Below are positions 8,242 to 13,765 of a DNA stretch of 32,000 bases, in pieces. The stretch is from Sphingobacterium daejeonense. Lineage in GTDB: Bacteria; Bacteroidota; Bacteroidia; Sphingobacteriales; Sphingobacteriaceae. The DNA is taken from assembly GCF_042678525.1 (NCBI RefSeq), contig NZ_JBHTKY010000007.1. One strand, 5' to 3'. Every line of letters starts with the position of its first letter. Position 1 is the stretch's first letter. A program made the translations under genes and the position numbers. The notes beneath the pieces were generated by a model. It saw only the letters and a list, made by a program, of their open reading frames with translations. It had not been told where the DNA came from and ran no database searches.

Positions 8242-10610
8242 TACTTACTAAGATTCTGTATAGCTTCCTTGAGAAGGTTTTCAACTTCAGTTTTTAATTC
8301 CTTGTTTTTGATTTTTAAGAGCTGTTTGTCTGTAATTTCAACTAATCTTTGGCCAATTAATTTTGTGTCAGGATTACTGCTGAAATAATTGGCAACCATC
8401 GCTCGTGCCAATGGATGATAATCATAAGTTACTGCCAATAACTGCAAATTAGCCTCATTCTTGATCGGATAATTCTTCTTCAAAACATCCGTGATTTTTT
8501 CATTTGAACTCGGAGAAACAGTTCTTAAGAATGGGTCTTCAAAATACCAAGTGTTATAGTCTCCTGTGCTGTCGGTATAATTTAAGATAGCTCCAGTCTC
8601 ATTATCATATTTCTTGCCATAAAATTTTTCCAAATCCCTTGCCAATTGTTCTTTTGACATACTTACTTGCCCTGGCGTTTCCCAAACATGGATTGCCATT
8701 CCATTAACCAAAGACTCCACAGTCATAATCTGTTTATCACCTGGCATAATATAGATGCCATCGAATTTTTGATTGATAAACGGCATCGTTAGAATATTCC
8801 CTGATTTTGCATCAACGACTTTTGCGGCAAAAGCAAATCTCTCACCATCATCCTGAACAAAAATCTTTGAATCATCATCCGAAAAGTGGAAATATTGCGT
8901 AAACCTACTGATCCGAATATTTTGGCCGAAGGATTTTTTGGTTTCCAAATTCCAAAGTCGCATGTGTGTAGCATCTTCAGATAAGGCCATTACGTTCCCC
9001 TCGTTATTGAAAACTATAAACGGCGCTGCAATGGTCTTAACCTGAAATATTGGTTTATAATCTGAAGTTTTCAAAACTTTCGCATCTCCACTTTTGCTGA
9101 TGATAACCAAGTATTCGCTAGTTGGACTAAAAGCGCCACTATTAATGGTTTCTTTTCCCTCGGCTAAGACTTTCTTGGATGCAATATCCATGATGGACCA
9201 GCCATCAGGTTTCACCATCACCACGGTTTTGAAATCTGGACTTACAGTAAACCCAGGAATATCTTGGTCAATCGCAAAATTAAGAGTCTGTTTACCGGTA
9301 GCAATATCCCAAGCAGCGAAACTTTTATTGCTTGTCCTGGCCATAACTTCGGTTTCGTCCTTATTGAAGATGTAAGTTTTTACTTGGGAATCAAATGGCT
9401 TCCCAACAGGTTTGCCATTGCTGGCATCAAAGAAATAGGTTTTGCCACTTATTCCCTTGACCAATATCTTTTTACTTTTTTGAAGAACTAAAAAAAGTGC
9501 TATTTCTTCTGGAATCTTGACGAACTCATTGTTTTTTTGACCTGTCTTTAAGTTCAACTTTGCCAACGCGGGTTTGCCCTTATATCTTAAAAATGCTTCA
9601 TCATTTGTGATTCCAGGATGGGCATGTGACAATCCTCCTTCTTCATAATATTGAGCCACCCTTAATGGGGTGGTGTTTTTGTTTTCTATAAATGTTTGCG
9701 AATTATTACTCACTAGATATTGGGACCAGTCGGGCGATGTTGCATCTTCGTCACTAGGATCCTTTTCCATCATTTTCATCAAGTCTGTCAAGAAGAAGAT
9801 ATTCCGCGGTAATTCTGTGTTCTTTAATGTAGATCCATTATTGGTATTCACCTGTACAATCTGAGCTTCATCACCGATATATAAATTACCATTGTCAGTG
9901 AATCCCACAAACTTGATGTAAAATGGACCAGGTAAAAACCAATTGATACCGTTGCTTTTATTAAAATAATATAAGCCTTCAGAATTACGAAAAGCAATTT
10001 GATTGCCATCCTTGCTAAAGGCAGGAGGGTTTGAACCCAATTTGGTCGACTTTTTGAAAATTTCCTTTGGTATATCGGTTGCCAAATCATAGATAGTCAA
10101 TTCATTACCTTCACTCAAGCTACGGCTGATATACAAAGTTTTTGAAGTCTTGTCAAAATAAGCTGATGTAGGGACCAGTTGATCATTTTTGATCAATATT
10201 TGCTCCTGTTTGGTTACTGTATTAAAAAAAATAACATCTTTTGATTGTTTGTTGATGACTATGAATTTAGAATCTGGAGAAATGGCGGTAAGTGAAATAA
10301 AACTACTATCAAGATTAGGACGAAGGATATCTTTTTTATCATTAGCCATATTATATCTGACGATTTCAAGATCAGAATTGACTACATAAGCATTGTCTTT
10401 CTCGTCAAATTGGGGGAATCGAGGCTGGTTAGAAGATATATCATCTCTTTGTACCAACTGTTTTCTGGTTGTTGCATCCCATACTTGCAATACATTGCTA
10501 TTGTCTCCAGCACTAGCAAATCCAACAATCCATTTACCATTGGGCGAGAATCTAATGCCGCCAAAATTTATATTGGGCATTCTGATCAAATCTTCTTGTA
10601 CCGCTAACAT
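8241..10610 (-). CDS. WD40/PD40-like beta-propeller repeat protein (789 aa), no signal peptide
   Basis: Recurring blade signatures: IRFSPNGKWIV...VWD, ISPDSKFIV, FSKDGNQIAF, VSPDFKTVV, FSPTSEYLV, HFSDDDSKIFV. The last ~170 aa are non-repeat. It starts at an ATG that overlaps the stop of the TIR ORF. Confidence 0.8.
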   Translation of the reverse strand: MLAVQEDLIRMPNINFGGIRFSPNGKWIVGFASAGDNSNVLQVWDATTRKQLVQRDDISSNQPRFPQFDEKDNAYVVNSDLEIVRYNMANDKKDILRPNLDSSFISLTAISPDSKFIVINKQSKDVIFFNTVTKQEQILIKNDQLVPTSAYFDKTSKTLYISRSLSEGNELTIYDLATDIPKEIFKKSTKLGSNPPAFSKDGNQIAFRNSEGLYYFNKSNGINWFLPGPFYIKFVGFTDNGNLYIGDEAQIVQVNTNNGSTLKNTELPRNIFFLTDLMKMMEKDPSDEDATSPDWSQYLVSNNSQTFIENKNTTPLRVAQYYEEGGLSHAHPGITNDEAFLRYKGKPALAKLNLKTGQKNNEFVKIPEEIALFLVLQKSKKILVKGISGKTYFFDASNGKPVGKPFDSQVKTYIFNKDETEVMARTSNKSFAAWDIATGKQTLNFAIDQDIPGFTVSPDFKTVVMVKPDGWSIMDIASKKVLAEGKETINSGAFSPTSEYLVIISKSGDAKVLKTSDYKPIFQVKTIAAPFIVFNNEGNVMALSEDATHMRLWNLETKKSFGQNIRISRFTQYFHFSDDDSKIFVQDDGERFAFAAKVVDAKSGNILTMPFINQKFDGIYIMPGDKQIMTVESLVNGMAIHVWETPGQVSMSKEQLARDLEKFYGKKYDNETGAILNYTDSTGDYNTWYFEDPFLRTVSPSSNEKITDVLKKNYPIKNEANLQLLAVTYDYHPLARAMVANYFSSNPDTKLIGQRLVEITDKQLLKIKNKELKTEVENLLKEAIQNLSK

Positions 10611-11575
10611 GGAATGAGCAATAAGGCTGCGCTTTCATCGCCCCGGCGTGTAGCTTCGGCAATATAAGCTGCACCGTCACCATACTCACTCTCCGTAAGC
10701 TTGTTTATTCCTGATGCATATAATGATTTTGCTAAATTTTTCAAGGCTGAATTCCTTTGATTCCATGCGAAGATGCCCGCCAATATTGCAATGACTCCTA
10801 ATGCCCCAATTGCTGTTGCAATCCTTTTGATATTCCTGTTTTTCTGCTTTATTTTTTCTAATTGATAGGCTTGGTCTCGTTTGGTTAATTCTGCCAATGG
10901 CACACCTAAGATTCCAGAAATAATCTTTAACAATGCAAGGTCGAGTCGTTTTTTGTATTCATCGACCAATCCTTTTATTTGATGATTTGGTGTACCTTTA
11001 TCATGCAAATATCTTCTGTATCCTTCTGCTGAGGTGAACCCTTCTTCTTGCGTGTTTGGAATTCTGACATCTGCAGCCAATACTTCCTCGGGTTGATCAT
11101 AAAGGATTTTTCCAGTTTCGTCAATGTTATACCTCAACTCATCAGGAAAACATTGGGCATCGGTATTTTCCTTACCATATTCTGGTTCGCCTTTTATGAT
11201 CAGAGCGATAATTTTTTGAGATTTTCCAGTTTGCTTAAAATATTTAAGTTCATCCCGTACATAAGTTGATCTTGCTGATTTGGGAGAACTCAAATAAATA
11301 AGGAATTCAGAACGGTCTAAGGCTGATGTTAAGGAACCACTAAGGCTAGAACTAGCTGATAATTCTTTTTCATCTTGAAAAACAGGATATATCTGCCTGG
11401 GGATTTCTTCGCCGGCAGCATTCTTCTTTCCAATTAAATCCTCGGGGATTTCATAAGTTTCTAATGCATGATGCAACCAATCTGCCCACTTTCTGCCTTC
11501 CCCTTGATTGTCACTATGGCTATAACTAATAAATGCTTTGTATTTTTTTGTTAGGTCCTGATCTTGATTTTCCAT
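10604..11575 (-). CDS. TIR domain protein with one C-terminal TM helix (possibly the N-terminal part of a split TIR-TM-propeller gene)
   Basis: TIR_2-like motifs: KAFISYSHSD, YPVFQDEKEL, FLIYLSSPKSARSTYVRDELKYF (Glu in the position of the NADase catalytic Glu). TM helix IATAIGALGVIAILAGIFAW (aa 252-271), followed by only 52 aa. There is a 7-nt overlap (ATGTTAG) with the next ORF. Confidence 0.8.
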   Translation of the reverse strand: MENQDQDLTKKYKAFISYSHSDNQGEGRKWADWLHHALETYEIPEDLIGKKNAAGEEIPRQIYPVFQDEKELSASSSLSGSLTSALDRSEFLIYLSSPKSARSTYVRDELKYFKQTGKSQKIIALIIKGEPEYGKENTDAQCFPDELRYNIDETGKILYDQPEEVLAADVRIPNTQEEGFTSAEGYRRYLHDKGTPNHQIKGLVDEYKKRLDLALLKIISGILGVPLAELTKRDQAYQLEKIKQKNRNIKRIATAIGALGVIAILAGIFAWNQRNSALKNLAKSLYASGINKLTESEYGDGAAYIAEATRRGDESAALLLIPC

Positions 11576-11826
11576 AAATACAATTTTTGGTTGAGTTGTC
11601 GATTTTCAATAGACAAAAACCAAACCTTTTTCTATAAATTTTAATAAAGAGTGATAAAAAACTGTTTAGTATTTAATTTGATTAAGAAAAAATCAATAAT
11701 TTTTAATTGATGTTATAACGTTATTTCAACTATTTTAAAAATTATGTAATCATTTTCGAACAGGCAGTTGAACAATTTCGGAAGGATTTTTTCTTATTGT
11801 CCTGAATGCTGTTTAATATACTCTTA

Positions 11827-11980
11827 TTCCACTCTTGTTCCACTCTCGTTCCACTCTGAGTCTTCTTTCCTTCGGACCTCGTTCGGACCTTGTTCGGGTG
11901 TTTTCCGAAGCAGCTCCGAACGAGGTCCGAACAAAGTCCGAACAAGAGACGAAGGAGAGTGGAAGGAGGTAGGAAGGAGA
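11827..11980. repeat. 11-nt periodic tandem repeats arranged as a long imperfect palindrome
   Basis: TTCCACTCT at 11827, 11838 and 11849 (period 11). TTCGGACC at 11871 and 11882, plus TTCGG at 11893 (period 11). These are then mirrored as CCGAA 11905 and 11916, GGTCCGAA 11924, AGTCCGAA 11935 and AGAGTGGAA 11956. There is a perfect 16-bp arm pair: TTCGGACCTCGTTCGG (11871-11886) with CCGAACGAGGTCCGAA (11916-11931). Confidence 0.85.
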
Positions 11981-12027
11981 ATAGCAGAAACCTTGCAGAC
12001 TTGGAGGCCACGATGGCCATTGTTGCT

Positions 12028-12064
12028 GTTCCTGGTCGCCATGGTTGGTGTCGTTACCAACCAT
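12028..12064. repeat. Partial copy of the hairpin repeat family (GTTCCTGGTCGCC + ATGGTTGGT/ACCAACCAT hairpin)
   Basis: GTTCCTGGTCGCCATGGTTGGTGTCGTTACCAACCAT. It has the same leader and stem as the copies at 12095-12167 and 12496-12570, with a different loop. Confidence 0.8.
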
Positions 12065-12094
12065 CAATCGACGCCATGGCTGGTATCATTGTTG

Positions 12095-12167
12095 CCCATG
12101 GTTTTTGGCAGCACGAAAGGGGTATGGTATCCCTGGACGCCATGGTTGGTGTCCTCACCAACCATCT
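12095..12167. repeat. Dispersed ~75-nt repeat, copy A, ending in the 10-bp hairpin ATGGTTGGTG-TCCT-CACCAACCAT
   Basis: CCCATGGTTTTTGGCAGCACGAAAGGGGTATGGTATCCCTGGACGCCATGGTTGGTGTCCTCACCAACCATC. It aligns colinearly with copy B at roughly 80 percent identity (by eye), and the terminal hairpin (12142-12165) is identical. Confidence 0.85.
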
Positions 12168-12495
12168 TCATCTGATCTAACTTTCACTAATGAATAATGC
12201 CATTTCATGGCAAGATGCAGTTACTTTTGAGGCGCAAAAGTAACCAAAACGCTTGCTCATTTAAGGTGGCTTGTCGCACAAGTCCAACGCACATGGACAA
12301 AAATGCCTTATTGCCGAGGATGCCGTTCTAATCAATTATCTCTTTTGAGGAGATAATTGCTTGAAAGCATCCAAGGGCAAGGCAGACGCACAGAGGCCGC
12401 GGCATTTTTTCCATCTTTCCGCCACTGAAAATGAGCGGGATTCGGCTTCGAATAAACAATTGGGTTGCAAAACGTCAGGGTTGGTGTTCCTGGTC

Positions 12496-12570
12496 GCCAT
12501 GGTTGCTGGCAGCTCGAAAGCCATGGATGGTGTTCCTGGTCGCCATGGTTGGTGTCCTCACCAACCATCA
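12496..12570. repeat. Dispersed ~75-nt repeat, copy B, ending in the 10-bp hairpin ATGGTTGGTG-TCCT-CACCAACCAT
   Basis: GCCATGGTTGCTGGCAGCTCGAAAGCCATGGATGGTGTTCCTGGTCGCCATGGTTGGTGTCCTCACCAACCATC, with the hairpin at 12545-12568. Confidence 0.85.
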
Positions 12571-12630
12571 TTTTTGATAGTCTACGTTGCACTAGGTGAC
12601 CTTGGATTTTTAGTGGCAGGTGGGGACACC

Positions 12631-12712
12631 TGCCACGGCGAGCAGAGACACCTGCCTCCGCTACCAGACACTACTGCCACGGCGAGCAGAATCTCCTGCC
12701 GCGGCGGTTAGG
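12631..12712. repeat. Two tandem ~44-nt units sharing the core TGCCACGGCGAGCAGA...CCTGCC
   Basis: TGCCACGGCGAGCAGA occurs at 12631-12646 and 12675-12690 (spacing 44). Both are followed by NNNNCCTGCC. They are preceded by the hairpin GGCAGGTG-GGGA-CACCTGCC (12615-12634). Confidence 0.8.
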
Positions 12713-12716
12713 CCCT

Positions 12717-12760
12717 AAAAACGAGAAAAGCTCGGATTTCACCGAGCTTTTCTATTTTAT
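12717..12760 (-). terminator. Rho-independent terminator of yceI
   Basis: GAAAAGCTCGG (12725-12735), loop ATTTCA, CCGAGCTTTTC (12742-12752). On the minus strand the stem is followed by TCGTTTTT, and it lies about 20 nt after the yceI stop. Confidence 0.8.
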
Positions 12761-12771
12761 AAAACTATTAT

Positions 12772-13299
12772 TTATGCAAGAACGAATTGTAAGTCAGCTT
12801 GAAACTTAACATCTTCACTTACCATTACTCCACCAGTTTCCAGCGCAGCATTCCAAGTCAATCCAAATTCATTACGGTTGATTTTTCCTGTTACAGTGTA
12901 ACCAGCTTTTTGGTTACCCCAAGGATCTTTACCAATACCACCGAATTCTACATCAAATGTTACCGGTTTTGTAACCTCTTTAATCGTTAATTCACCCGAC
13001 AATTTATATTCATCTTCGTCAGTTTTTTTGATTCCTGTAGACACAAATTTAATGTCTGGGAATTGAGTTACAGCGAAGAAATCTTCACTTTTCAAGTGCT
13101 GATCACGTTGGCTGTTTTTAGTGTTGATAGAATCAGTTTTGATTTCTACTGATACATGTTTTGCTGCATCTAAATCGTCAGAGCTGTTATCAACTACTAC
13201 ATTGAAATTTTCAAAATGACCCTTAACGGTAGAGATCATCATGTGTTTTACTTTAAATTCAATTTCACTGTGTGCGGTGTCTAAGTTCCAAGTTGCCAT
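12772..13299 (-). CDS. yceI: YceI-like (polyisoprenoid-binding) family protein
   Basis: WNLDTAHSEIEFKVKHMMISTVKGHFENF, SINTKNSQRDQHLKSEDFF and LSGELTIKEVTKPVTFDVEF match the YceI family signature. Confidence 0.85.
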   Translation of the reverse strand: MATWNLDTAHSEIEFKVKHMMISTVKGHFENFNVVVDNSSDDLDAAKHVSVEIKTDSINTKNSQRDQHLKSEDFFAVTQFPDIKFVSTGIKKTDEDEYKLSGELTIKEVTKPVTFDVEFGGIGKDPWGNQKAGYTVTGKINRNEFGLTWNAALETGGVMVSEDVKFQADLQFVLA

Positions 13300-13419
13300 A
13301 ATATTTTTCTATTTAATTTTTCTATTTGTTTTTGTTCAACAAAGATGAGGTATAAAATGTTTAAACACATTGATGTATGTTAAGAAATAAAAAATTAGGG
13401 GCGGAATGTTCTTTATTGA

Positions 13420-13482
13420 AAAAAACAACAACTAAATGCCGTTGTTAATGTTTATAAAGCATTAGGTGGCGGTTGGAAATAA
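13420..13482 (+). pseudogene. 3'-terminal remnant (20 codons) of an RND/efflux outer-membrane-factor (TolC/NodT-like) gene
   Basis: The frame reads KKQQLNAVVNVYKALGGGWK-stop. The YKALGGGW ending is the stereotyped C-terminus of efflux outer-membrane factors. An in-frame TGA sits at 13417-13419 and no upstream gene body exists. The gene's own terminator is retained at 13515-13548. Confidence 0.6.
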
Positions 13483-13514
13483 ATCCCATCTAATTTAATT
13501 AGGGTTAGTTTTTC

Positions 13515-13548
13515 AAAGGAGCAGATTTTCTGCTCCTTTTTTATTTTA
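13515..13548 (+). terminator. Rho-independent terminator retained after the efflux-gene remnant
   Basis: GGAGCAGA (13518-13525), loop TTT, TCTGCTCC (13529-13536), followed by TTTTTTATTTT. Confidence 0.75.
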
Positions 13549-13765
13549 AAGTTTTCAGGAAAACGCCGTATCGGTTGAATACTAAGCTCTTATAGAGATA
13601 ATCAAAGAAGTCAGGTAACGATTTGGTAACGGTGCTTATTGCTTTGTTTTTCAACGTGTTTCCGTTAGTTCATAGCAAATATAAATAATTTTAGACCATA
13701 GTTAATAATCCATTTTTTTTTTTATTTAAAAAAAATTAAACTAACCTTTTTAATACAAACACCAA

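Noticed and set aside
11930-12400. Faint resemblance to RNase P (AAAGTCCGAAC) and SRP RNA (CCAAGGGCAAGGCAG) motifs
   Set aside because: Only short partial matches are present. The surrounding conserved elements (GGAAAGTCCGGGC with ACAGAAA, or GGAAGGAAGCAGCC with the tetraloop helix) are absent.
11742-12711. Seven overlapping ORFs (62-135 aa) on both strands in the GC-rich block
   Set aside because: They overlap each other in several frames and on both strands. They mirror the inverted repeats (for example the SERGPNKVRTR-type strings appear in both directions) and have no start context or domain resemblance. Open frames are expected in GC-rich palindromic DNA.
11760-12720. Possible CRISPR array
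   Set aside because: The repeats belong to at least three unrelated families and are not regularly spaced with unique spacers of uniform length. Some are tandem without spacers, and there are no cas genes in the window.
13550-13765. tRNA or tmRNA as the integration target at the island ends (also examined 24642-24838)
   Set aside because: I found no T-loop (GGTTCGAATCC-like) or acceptor-stem/CCA pattern on either strand by eye. tRNAscan-SE would settle it.
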